A stretch of 64,000 nucleotides of DNA from Dipteris shenzhenensis. Lineage: Eukaryota. Both the position numbers and the translations under genes were made by a program. The notes under the pieces were generated by a model. It saw nothing but the letters and a program-made list of their open reading frames with translations. It had not been told where the DNA came from and searched no databases. Positions 37,346 to 48,939 of the stretch are shown in pieces; positions within the stretch are counted from its first letter, which is position 1, and each line of letters opens with the position of its first letter. Location: the NCBI GenBank assembly GCA_047967505.1, contig CM106538.1. One strand, 5' to 3'.

Positions 37346-38530
37346 GGCAACTTGACTTCAGACCTTCCCACTGTGTTGCGCACCACTGTGGTCCATTCTG
37401 TCACCAAGCGTCTCCCACCTCTGCGTTTCCCATCTTTTGCGTCTCTCGTCCTCTGAGCTTTGATACCAAGTGTGAGGGACCAGATCCTCAGGCCTTAGTT
37501 TTTTTTCCTATGCAGCAGATATTTCTTGACCCGGCCCCCTCACCTCAAGCGCACCTAGGACTGACCAGCCCTAGATACACCTGGAGCTATTCTCAACTCG
37601 TTTGCGTTCTGTGATGCCTTTGCGTTTTCCAGCCAAAACGGGCCCTGGCACGTCCTGCACCTAGATGGCCGTTTCCACTCCCAGCCACAATGCGTCCTCC
37701 CCTAGACTGCCGTTCACGGATCCTCTGATCCTCATGCCCCTTTCCTGGGCCACTGCTCCTCAAACGGTTTCGGCTACGCTCTTGTATCCCGGCCTACCGA
37801 TGAAGACACACAGACTCACAGGCCTGCGCAACACCTGACCTTCCTTGGATAGGATCCCCGATTCACAGTTCACACTTAACACTTGCCACACGACGTTCCA
37901 CCTTTAGCCCAGCTTGCTTAGAAGGTTACACAATGGTTCACGAATATTTACAAGGGTATGAAAGGAATGGGCCGCTCACCGTTCCCCGCTCCCTTTCACG
38001 TGCACTCATGCCCTTCCCACGTTTTGCTTTCCAACGTGTGGCCACACAAGTGCACCACGAGATCACAACACGTAAAATGGCCCACGATGTTACTTGCAAG
38101 AAAGTACTAGAAAGAGTGCCAAATGATGGCTTGATAACGCTAGACTGCAAGAAAGAGAGTTTACAAGCAACTGAGCGCACAACCGTACGTTTACGTTTTC
38201 TTGCTAGACACAACCTCACATGCACGGAGACCACCTTCCATATAATAGTTGTAAGGGCCCGGTAGTTCCGGACTTAGTCTCAAGTCGTGGCACCCTTATG
38301 TCGGACCCGTTGCCGAGTCCCAACCTCCCTTAACGTCTCTGTTCTGATACCACAATCCCCTTTATGCGGAGCTTAGCCAAACACGACCCCTGGCACGTCC
38401 TGATCAGCCCATGTTTCTTTCCCGGTTGGCGGCCTTTACGTGGGTCGGCATGTCTAACCCCTTGGGGCTCACCTCGAGTCCCGGCTCGGTACCCAATAGT
38501 TCACAATAGCACTATCCTCCATATAATAAT

Positions 38531-41500
38531 TGTAAGGGCCCAGTAGGACTTAGTCTCAAGTCGTGGCACCCTTATGTCAGACCCGTTTCTGAGTCCCAAC
38601 CTCCCTTAACGTCTCTATTCTGATACCACAATCCCCTTTATGCATAGCTTAGCCAAACACAACCCTGGCACGGGCCGTCTGCCGTTTATCCCACTGCACC
38701 ACGCCCCACTGGGCAAGCCCTTAGGCTTCACGTTCTTCGGTCCACAGAATCACACGGGTGACCAAGACCCCCAAGAACGTCCAGCGTGCAACGTCCTGAT
38801 TAGCCCACATTTCCTTCCTGGTTGGCAGCCTTTACGTGGGTCGACACATCTAACCCCTTCGGGCTCACCTCGAGTCTCGGCTCGGTACCCCAACAGTTCA
38901 CGGTTTATATAGTGTATGGAGAACAAACATGGCCCTCACCGTTCCCCACTCGCTTTCACATGCTCTCAACCCGTCCCACGTTTTATTTTCTCGTGCGTGC
39001 ACTTCAACGCGCACCATAAGGTCACAACCCACAAGATGGCATGATGACGTTACTTGCAAGATGGTACTAGATGGAGTGCCAAACGGTCGCTAAAACGCGC
39101 TTGATTGCAATAGAACGTATAAACAAGCAAGAGGGAGCATAAATGGCTGCTGATGTTTTCCTCATCCGAATCAACCTCGTATGAGAGCACTATCTCCATA
39201 TAATAGTGGTTGGTTGCTAGGCACCGTGGCACCTCCCTTCGCCCAAAAACGCTCCGAACACTCAGAGTAGGTCAACCCTAATGTTGACTTCCTTATACAC
39301 TCCCCCGTTCAAAAGAATTGATGTCCTCATCAATTAAAGGGAGAGCGTTGCCGACTATACACAAAAGCCTAGCCTCACTCAGGTGACTTGAGTGAGTGGC
39401 CACACACACACACACAAAAGCCTAACCCCGATCCAAGAACGTCTCGAATGAGTGGCCACACACGCGCTAGTTTGGACTCTTACATGGGCATCAAAATTTG
39501 CCTTCTCCTCATAACGGGGGGTGAACAATGTAAAGAATGATGTATTTTTACAACATATATTACAAAGAAAACGGTGCCTCAAGCTTTGATGTTTTAGAGG
39601 GGTCACCGCATACACACATTGTTTCCAAAAATGAAAAATTAGCTGTTTGCATAAATTCCCCGGCCAAAATTTCCAACCTGCCAACATGGTAACATCAGGA
39701 CGTGACATTGCTCCGGGCAAATGTTTCCAACCCGCAAGCAACATCAAATTGGGAAGAGGCCCCCTTGGCCAGATTTGCCTTGGAAGCCTACGTATGAGAT
39801 GAATAAGGCAAGCATCACCTGGCCAAAATTTCCACCCCGCTTCCAACATGATTTCATGAGATGACGCTATGCCGGGCCAATCTTTCCACCCTGCACAGAG
39901 CATCAACTGACCACTTGCCACCTGTCCAAGTGAACCAAGTTGCTCACCGGCCAGAACTTCCAACCTGCCCATAGTAAAACGTGCCGCAACGGCTTGATCT
40001 TTCTTTCAGCACGTGTCATCTCCATTGGCTTAGGCAATAAGCCCAAGTAACAAGGAGGGAAAGATTTTGAGCCCATGCTTAGACTCGTCTTTGACTCTTC
40101 CAATCGGATCATGATGTTAACGCACTGCATCCATTCTTTCCATGCGTCTTGCCACGTGGACTTTGAATATTTATGCATAACCCAAGAAAGAATTTTATGT
40201 TTTGGGAGAACTGGACTTGTGCGCTTCAACGTTTTCTTCACCCTGAGCACCACTTCTCTTCTTGACGCTCTTCTTCTCATTCTCACCCATTCTGCACAAG
40301 TCCTTCCACCTCGCTGCGGCTTCTTCTTATCACGTTCTTCTCTTGAACATTGCACCTCACTCAGCCTTGGACCTTTTGCCCTGCATCTTCTTTGCGCTCC
40401 ACAACCTAGACCCGTTCTCCTCTTGGTCTCTTCATCTTGGTCCTTCTTGACCTCATCCTGCTCGCTTGGCCTACATCTCAGCCTGCACTTATGCAACCAC
40501 CTTCCACTTGTTTGCCTCACCTTGGCCTCTTCTTCATCCGCCGTTTCTCCTTGAAACCTTGGCCGTTTCATCCATCCCTTCGTCCTTCCCGCCGTTCTAC
40601 CTTGCCTTGCCTTGCCCTCTTTTCCATCCGCCATTTCCTTTTCTCCTTCTGCCGTTTCCCCTTCACCTTGTGCCATTTCCTCTTCATGCCTTGGCCTGAT
40701 CACACGTCCTTTCATCCCCTTGGCCATCACCACCTTCTTCTCTTCTTCTTCTTCTTCTTCCTCATGCCTTCTCCTCTGCCCCAAGGCCTCACTTCGCGTC
40801 ACGCCTCTGCATCTATCTAGACCTGCACCTGTTCTCCATCGTTTTCCCTTTCCATCTCTTGCCTTCACCTCATGCTCCACCGCCTCACCGTTTTCCCTTT
40901 CTACCTCGGCATCTTTTCTGCACACGCCTCTGCGTTGCCACGGGCTTCTGATTGCTCTTTTTACCTTGCCCTAGTGCCGTTCCTCTTCTTCATCCGAAAT
41001 CTCCACTTGCCACTCCACTATGCCTTCCATGCCTCTCTCTTGAACCTGTTCGGCTGTTTCTCATCGCCTCTACTCCCTTTCAACCGTTTGTGCCTTGAGC
41101 ACTTACCCGTTTCACTCTCGCACCTATCGCATCTTCCTTGGTCACCTGCATGCCTTGTGCATTTTTCCGACTTCCCTTCGGGCCTACCACCTCACTTGGT
41201 CTTGGGCCTGCACCTTCCGCGCTCCTAATCCCAACCTCCTCACCTCGAGCGTTTATTTGATTTGACTTTGGTACGACATTGCTCTTTTCTTTTGTGCCTC
41301 CCGCACCTCTTGTCTCCATCACTGTGCCTTTCGTGCCTCTGGTCTGGATCATCGCGCTTCTTGCACCTCGAGTCTTCACCACGCCTATAGCGTCTCGGGG
41401 TTTTGCATCACCTATCTTCACCAACATGCCTCTTGGATCACTGCCTCCACACCTCGCACCTTCCATGCCGTTTCCTATGCATCTCATGGCTCCCGCGCCG

Positions 41501-42949
41501 TTCCCTCGGGGCTTCGCACACTCCGTGCTACCCGCTTGGGGCCTCGCATCTTCTGTGATGTCCATCGCCTCGGTTGGACCCCAAGTCACCTGTTTGCTGG
41601 TCATCTTACTCGGGGCGCATCTCGCACTCCCACGACACGGTTTCGCTTCCCTGCCTCCACTGGTCATCCCTTTTGTCTCTTTGGCTGCCGTTTCAGATCC
41701 GGTTCTCCTTTCTGCTTGGGCCTGCCACCATACCTGACTCCACCTGCATCGTTCTTCTTCCTTCGAGTCCTTATCTTCACTTTTACTTTCTGAGCCGCTC
41801 TCCGACTCACTCGTTGTTTCATCCTCTGTTTCACTCCTGGACTCCTCTGCATCATCCTCCAACTCCTTCTTCATGTAGAGTTCCATTACCAACTTGAACA
41901 CCACCATGAATTCATGGCGCCACCTGGCCGTCTCACCCTCTGTGTCATACCTCGACACTAGCTGTTCCAAGTATCCCATATCCTTGCTCAGGAGGACGTT
42001 CACCCACTTTGGAACTGCCCTCATCACGTCCACTGCGACTTCCATCTCCGGCTTCCCACTCCTCATCGCCCGTAGTATTGCGTCCTTCCGTTGTGCATAA
42101 GATTGACTTTGCCCATCACGTGATGCCATAGCTCGATATAGGATCCACCTCGAAGGCTCGCGATACCTTGAGGTTTTCTCTGATACCAAGTGTAAGGGCT
42201 TGGTAGTTTCAGACTTAGTCTCAAGTCATGGCACCCTTATGTCAGACCCGTTTCCGAGTCCCAACCTCCCTTAACGTCTTTGTTCTGATACCACAATCCC
42301 CTTTATGCATAGCTTAGCCAAACTTGTCCGCCGTTTATCCCACTGCACCATGCCCCATTGGGCAAGCCCTTAGGCTTCACGTTCTTCGGTCCACAGAATC
42401 ACACGGGTCACCAAGACCCCCAGGAACGTCCACCGCGCAACGTCCTGATCAGCCCACGTTTCCTTCCTGGTTGGCGGCCTTTATGTGGGTCGGCATGTCT
42501 AACCCCTTCGGGCTCACCTCAAGTCCCGGATCGGTACCCCAACAGTTCACGATTTATACAGTGTATGGAGAACAAACATGGCCCTCACCGTTCCCCACTC
42601 GCTTTCATGTGCCCTCAACCCGTCCCACGTTTTGCTTTCTTGTGTGTGCACTTCAACGTGCACCACAAGGTCACAACCCACAAGATGGCATGATGACATT
42701 ACTTGCAAGATGGTACTAGATGGAGTGCCAAACGGTCGCTAAAATGCGCTTGATTGCAATAGAACGTATATACAAGCAAGAGGGAGCGTAAACGGCCGTT
42801 GACGTTTTCCTCATCCGAATCAACCTTGTATGAGAGAGCACTATCCTCCATATAATAGTGGCTGGCCGCTAGGCATCGCGGCGCTTCCCTTCGCCCAAAA
42901 ACGCTCCGAACACTCACGGTAGGTCAACCCTAACGTTGACTTCCTTATA
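38531..42949 (-). mobile_element. Non-autonomous LTR retrotransposon B, nested in the LTR of C
   Basis: LTRs 38531-39297 and 42191-42949; TSD ATAAT/ATAGT; PBS tggtatcagaga 42177-42188; PPT GGGGGAG at 39300-39306; LTR 5'-TATAAGG...CTTACA-3'. Confidence 0.9.
41080..42132 (-). CDS. Element B ORF: conserved unknown N-terminal domain plus acidic/low-complexity tail; likely continues in 39903-40925
   Basis: MASRDGQ..VPKWVNVLLSKDMGYLEQLVSRYDTEGETARWRHEFMVVFKLVMELYMKKELE, just downstream of the PBS. Confidence 0.7.
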   Translation of the reverse strand, partial: AMASRDGQSQSYAQRKDAILRAMRSGKPEMEVAVDVMRAVPKWVNVLLSKDMGYLEQLVSRYDTEGETARWRHEFMVVFKLVMELYMKKELEDDAEESRSETEDETTSESESGSESKSEDKDSKEEERCRWSQVWWQAQAERRTGSETAAKETKGMTSGGREAKPCRGSARCAPSKMTSKQVTWGPTEAMDITEDARPQAGSTECAKPRGNGAGAMRCIGNGMEGARCGGSDPRGMLVKIGDAKPRDAIGVVKTRGARSAMIQTRGTKGTVMETRGAGGTKEKSNVVPKSNQINARGEEVGIRSAEGAGPRPSEVVGPKGSRKNAQGMQVTKEDAIGARVKRVSAQGTNG

Positions 42950-42995
42950 ATAGTGGCTGGCCGCTAGGCACCGCGGTGCCTCCCTTCACCCAAAA

Positions 42996-43241
42996 CTCGG
43001 GGGGGTCACTATGTATTAACCCTCTATATCACGTGCGTTCAAGGCATATTTCTAAAATCCCTTATCTGTAAATTTTTCATTAATAAAATGTACCCTTTTT
43101 CTATACAAATCTATAAATTTTTTTGAAATTTGTTTTAAATACTCCCTTATGTAAATTAACTTTTGTTAAATTTAGATATTAAAAACATCCTTCTGTTGAA
43201 CTCACGTGATAGGGTTACATATAATGAGTGACCCCCCCGAG
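42996..43241 (+). mobile_element. MITE copy 3 (in the LTR of C)
   Basis: Same TIR; TSD ACCCAAAA. Confidence 0.95.
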
Positions 43242-43483
43242 ACCCAAAAATGCTTCGAACACTCACGGTAGGTCAACCCTAACATTGACTTCCTTATACA
43301 CTCCCCTGTTCAAAAGAATTGATGTCCTCATTAATTAAAGGGAGAGTGTTGCCGACTATCCACAAAAGCCTAGCCTCAGTAAGGTGACTTGAGTGAGTGG
43401 CCACACACACACACAAAAGCCTAACCCTGATCCGAGAACGTCTCGAATGAGTGGCCACACACGTGCTAGTTTGGACTCTTATA

Positions 43484-43730
43484 CTCGGGGGGGTCACTAT
43501 GTATAAACCCTCTATATCACGTGCATTCAAGGCCTATATTTAAAGTCCCTTATCTGTAAAAAATTTCATTAATAAAATGTACCCCTTTTCTATACAAATC
43601 TGTAAATTTTTTCCAAAACTATTTTAAATAGTCCCTTATGTATATTTATTTCTGTAAATTTTAGAAATAAAAAAAATCCTTCTGTTGAACTCACGTGATA
43701 GGGTTACATATGATGAGTGACCCCCCCGAG
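43484..43730 (+). mobile_element. MITE copy 4 (in the 3' region of C)
   Basis: Same TIR; TSD CTCTTATA. Confidence 0.95.
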
Positions 43731-46198
43731 CTCTTATATGGGCATCAAAATTTGCATTCTCCTCATAACGGGGGGCGAACAATGTAAAGAATGATGTATT
43801 TTTACAACATATTTTACAAAGAAAATGGTGCCTCAAGCTTTGACGTTTTAGAGGGGTCACTGCATACACATTGTTTCAAAAAATGAAAAATTAGCCGTTT
43901 GCATAGATTCCCCGATCAAAGTTTCCAACCTGCCAACATGGTAATATCAAGACGTGACATTGCTCCGGGCCAATGTTCCCAACCCACAAGCAACATCAAA
44001 TTTGGAAGAGGCCCCCTTGGTTGGATTTGCCTTGGAAGCCCACGTATGAGATGAATAAGCCAAGCATCACCTGGCCAAAATTTCCACCGCCCTTCCAACA
44101 TGATTTCATGAGACGACGCTATGCCAGGCCAATCTTTCCACCCTGCACATAGCATCAACCGACCACTTGCCACCTGTCCAAGTTAACGAACTTGCTCACC
44201 CGGCTAGAACTTCCAACTTGCCCATAGCAAGATATGCCTTGATGGCTTGGTCTTTCTTTCGACACCTGTCATCTCCATTGGCTTAGGCAATAAGTCCAAG
44301 TAACAAGGAGGGAAAGATTTCGAGCCCATACTTAGACTTGTCTTTGACTCTTCCATTCTTTCCATGCGTCTTGCCATGCTGACTTTGAATATGTGTGCAT
44401 GACCCAAGAGATAATTTTATGTTTTGCGAGAACTTGACTTGTGTGCTTCGCCGTTTTCTTCCCCTTTCGCACCAATTCTCTTCCTGACCCTCTTCTTCTC
44501 ATCCTCACCCATTCTGCACAAGTCCTTCCACCTCGCTGTGGCTTCTTCTCATCACGTTCTTCTCTTGAACACCGCACCTCACTCAACCTTGGACCTTTTG
44601 CCTTGCATCTTCTTTGCGCTCCACAACCTAGACCTGTTCTCCTCTTGGTCTCTTCATCTTGGTCCTTCTTGACCTCATCCTGCTCCCTTGGCCTACGTCT
44701 CACCCTGCACTTATGCATCCACCTTCCACCTCTTTGCCTCACCTTGGCCTCTTCTTCATCCGCTGTTTCTCCTTGAAACCTTGGCCGTTTCATCCATCTC
44801 TTCATCCTTTCCTCCGTTCTACCTTGCCTTGCCTTGCTCTCTTTTCCTTCCGCCGTTTCCTTTTCTCCTTCCGCCGTTTCCCCTTCATGCCTTGGCCTCA
44901 TCGCACATCCTTTCATCCCCTTGGCCATCACCACCTTCTCTTCTTCTTCTTCCTCATGCCTTCTCCTCTACCCTAAGGCCTCACTTCACGTCATGCCTCT
45001 GTGTCTATCTAGACCTGCACCTGTTCCCCGCCATTTTCCCTTTCCATCTCTTGTCTTCACCCCATGCTACAGCTCGCCGTTTTCCCTTTTCATCTCGGAA
45101 TCTTTTCTGCACATGCCTCTGCGTTGCCACGGGCTTCTGATTGCTCTCTTGACCTTGCCCCAGTACCGTTCCTCTTCTTCATCCCAAGACTCCACTTGGC
45201 ATTCCACTACGCCTTCCATGCCTCTCTCTTGGACCTGTTCGCCATTTACCGTGCCTTGTGCGCCTCCCTGTCGAGTGACTTGTCTGTCGTTTTTCATCAC
45301 CTGTCCATCGCATGCGCCTTGTGCGCCTAACCCTGTCACTTGTGCTCCCTTTCCACCGTTTGCGCCTTGTGCACCTACCTGTTTCATTCCCGCACCTACC
45401 GTGCCTTCCTTGGTCACCTGCACGCCTTGTGCGTTTTTTCGACTTCTTTATCGAGCCTACCATGTCACTTGGTCTTGGGCCTGCACCTCCTTTGCTCCTT
45501 ATCCCGACCTCCTTACCTTGAGCGTTTATTTGATTTGACTTTGGTACAATGGCACTACTCTTCATTTCTTTCACGCCTCCCGCACCTCTCACGCCTCTCG
45601 TCTCTGTCACCGCGCCTTTCGTGCCTCTGGTCTCTGTAATCGCACTTCTCGTGCCTCGGGTCTTCACTATGCTTATAGCATCTCGGGGGTTCGCACCACT
45701 TGTTTTCACCAATGCGCCTCCTGGGCCACTGCCTCTACACCTCGCGCCTTCTGTGCTGTTTCCTATGCATCTCATGGCTCTCATGCCGTTCACTCGAAGC
45801 TTCACACACTCCGTGCTACCCGCTTGGGGCCTCGCGTCTTCTGCGATGTCCATCGCCTCGGCTGGACCCCAAGTCACCTATTTGTCGGTCGTCTTACTCG
45901 GGATGCATCTCGCACTTCCACGACACGGTTCCACTTCCCTACCTCCACTGGTCATCCCTTTTGTCTCTTTGGCCAGCGTTTCAGATCCGATTCTCCTTTC
46001 TACTTGGGCCTCCCACCATACCTGACTCCACCTGCGCCTTTCTTCTTCCTCTGAGTCCTCATCTTCACTTTCAATCTCCGAGCCACTCTTCGACTCACTC
46101 ACTATTTCATCCTCCGTTTCACTCCCGAACTCCTCTGCATCATCCTCCAACTCCTTCTTCACATACAGTTCCATCACCAACTTGAACACCACCATGAA

Positions 46199-48643
46199 TG
46201 TTGGAATATGGAAGCAAGAACTAGAACTAGAAACTGGAAATGAAATAACAAGACTGAAAGACTAGAAATACCTTGAGAAGAGTGTAGACAAGACACAAGC
46301 TAGACTGATAGATTACAATGATGTGACCCATTGAATATATGGGCCAAAGTACAAGACATAAAGCAAGAGTGCTTATGGGATAATTGTAGAAGTGCCACAT
46401 GGCACATACTCAAGACATAAAGACTAGACTTAGACTTAGATTTAGACTATTGTAGACTAGGAAATAGTACACTTAGTGTGCACTTATCTCCAACACCCTC
46501 CTTAAGTGGACACTAGGAGTAAGATAGAAAGACAAGACTAGAAGACAGACATAAAGACTGATAGACTGAGAGACAAGATAGAAGACATGAGAGACAAAAG
46601 ATCCTGAGACACCCCTCCTCAAGTGATATCCTCATATGGGTCCACAAGGGTAGGGACAAGATGGATCTAAAACACAATCAGATTGATAGACAAATAGATA
46701 GACCAAGACACTAGAACCCCTTGACCTACATCATCAGTGGTCAAGGTGGTAGACAAGACATAGAAGTAATCAGAAAGCCCACTTCTCATCATGTGAGGAA
46801 GGAACAACAGGATCAGCTGATGGAGATGTTGCAGCAACATGGGCTGAGGTAGATGCAGGAGCTGATGTAGAGGTTTTGGAGTAGCAATCCCTCTCCCGGT
46901 GATTATCACGGCCACAAATGGTGCATGGATGAGCCTTGAAACAGTCCTTCTCCACATGATTAGTTTTGCCACAATGGGTGCAAGGCTTTCTTACCTTAGA
47001 ACTTCCTTTCTTTGCTAAAAATGCAGTGTCAGTTACCTTTCGTTGTTGAGTTCTTTCTTTCTCTTGGAGAGCATTGATGATACCCTCAAGAGAAGGATTA
47101 TTATGATACTTGAAGGTAGTGACAAGAGTAGCATAGGAGTCAGGTAAGCTTTTGAGAAGCACAACAATAGCAATATCTTCGGAGATGGGAGACTTGACTG
47201 ATGCAAGCTGAACCATAAGACTGCGAAGATAATTGACATGAGAGGCTATAGTAGCTCCTTCCTGCATATGTAGATCAAAGAATGAGATCATAAGTGCAAT
47301 CTTAGAGTTTTTAGATCGGGCTCCAAAAAGAGTATCCAAAGTGATCCATGCTTGAGGAGCAGACTGTATGTTAGAGATGTGATGAATGTAATCATCTCCA
47401 AGGCCGAGCAATATGATAGCATAGGCTTTGTCATTATTGACAGTGACAACTTGCTCAGATGGACCTTCGGGAGCATCACGGTGAACAATGTCCCAAAGGC
47501 CTTCTTTCATAAGATGGCACTTGATTTTGATCTGCCAGGTATGAAAGTTGGACCCATTGAATTTGTCGATAGATATGAGAGAATGAGAGGAAGATGCCAT
47601 GTGGGAAGGTCTTACCTCTTGCTAGGATGCAAGGGCAGTGTCTATTCCCTTACAATATTGCAGAAATAAATGAGAGGAAGAGATCTCAGAAGCCGGTTCT
47701 CTCACCACTTTGTCAGGGCCATAGCATATGACAGCCCATCGAAGCAGGAGGAACCAGCAAAAAAGGAGAGACTGTTCAGCAAACTGAAAGAGGCAAAGCT
47801 TAGTACCTTAAACCCGGGCAGAGGTAGAGGTGCAAAAGGATGCAGATCTTTGTGAAGATGGAGCTGGAGATGTCAGCTTGTGCAGATACGGATTTTGTAC
47901 AGTCATACGGACTGTACGAATAGCTGATGATGTACGGACGGCAAGCAGCGTATGGAGTATGGACGATGTATGGCGACGTACGGATGGTAGAGTACGGATG
48001 ACGTACAAAATTCGGGTGATGCTATACGGATAGCAAGGATGGGTGCTAGACTGCACAGATTTGTCGGTGACAGCAAGTGTTGCACAGATCTAGCATGACA
48101 GTAGATCTGGCGCTCAGATCTATGGCTGAAGCGCAGATCTGGCGCAGAGATTTGGAGTGGGCGCAGAGATTTGGAGCAGGAATACATGCAGTAGAGTCAC
48201 GCAGATCTAGAGCGCAATGGCGGGGCAGAACTGTAGCAGGGGAGAGAAGAGGCAGATCTGAGCGGGGGGGAAGATCTGTATTTGAGAAGAGACAGACTTG
48301 AGAAGAGAGAAGAGGGAGAAGAGGGATCAACCTAGCTCTGATACCATGTTGGAATATGGAAGCAAGAACTAGAACTAGAAACTGGAAATGAAATAACAAG
48401 ACTGAAAGACTAGAAATACCTTGAGAAGAGTGTAGACAAGACACAAGCTAGACTGATAGGTTATAATGATGTGACCCGTTGAATATATGGGCCAAAGTAC
48501 AAGACATAAAGCAAGAGTGCTTATGGGATAATTGTAGAAGTGCCACATGGCACATACTCAAGACATAAAGACTAGACTTAGACTTAGACTCAGACTATTG
48601 TAGACTAGGAAATAGTACACTTAGTGTGCACTTATCTCCAACA
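46199..48643 (-). mobile_element. Gag-only copia-derived element D (TR-GAG-like), nested in the ORF of C
   Basis: 297-bp LTRs 46199-46495 and 48347-48643 (about 5 visible mismatches); TSD ATGAA; iMet PBS 48335-48346; PPT next to 46496. Confidence 0.95.
46770..47600 (-). CDS. Copia-type Gag (UBN2-like region plus two CCHC knuckles)
   Basis: KFNGSNFHTWQ..LLKSLPDSY..CTHCGKTNHVEKDC..CTICGRDNHRERDC; intact 276 aa. Confidence 0.93.
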   Translation of the reverse strand: MASSSHSLISIDKFNGSNFHTWQIKIKCHLMKEGLWDIVHRDAPEGPSEQVVTVNNDKAYAIILLGLGDDYIHHISNIQSAPQAWITLDTLFGARSKNSKIALMISFFDLHMQEGATIASHVNYLRSLMVQLASVKSPISEDIAIVVLLKSLPDSYATLVTTFKYHNNPSLEGIINALQEKERTQQRKVTDTAFLAKKGSSKVRKPCTHCGKTNHVEKDCFKAHPCTICGRDNHRERDCYSKTSTSAPASTSAHVAATSPSADPVVPSSHDEKWAF

Positions 48644-48939
48644 ATGAATTCAGGTGCCACCTGGTCGTCTCACCCTCGGTGTCATACTGCGACACTAGCC
48701 GTTCCAAGTACCTCATGTCCTTGCTCAGGAGGACGTTCACCCACTCTGGAACTGCCCTCATCACATCCACTACGGCTTCCATCTCCGGCTTCCCACTCCT
48801 CATCGCCGTAGTATTGGCTCCTTCCCTTGTGCGTAAGATTGATTGACCCTCTTCTTCTCATCCTCACCCGTTATGCACAAGTCCTTCCACCTCGCTGCGG
48901 CTTCTTCTCATCACGTTCTTCTCTTGAACACCTCACTCA

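Larger units (their letters stand above)
33684..38244 (-). mobile_element. Non-autonomous LTR retrotransposon A
   Basis: LTRs 33684-34441 and 37471-38244; TSD ATAGT (33679-33683, 38245-38249); PBS tggtatcaaagc 37457-37468; LTR reads 5'-TATATGG...CTCACA-3'; no pol domains. Confidence 0.9.
38250..48845 (-). mobile_element. Non-autonomous LTR retrotransposon C (B family), 5'-truncated, carrying nested insertions
   Basis: 3' LTR split into 38250-38525 and 42955-43298 by element B; PPT after 43300; internal region collinear with B; ORF split by element D (45878-46195 and 48649-48840). Confidence 0.8.
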
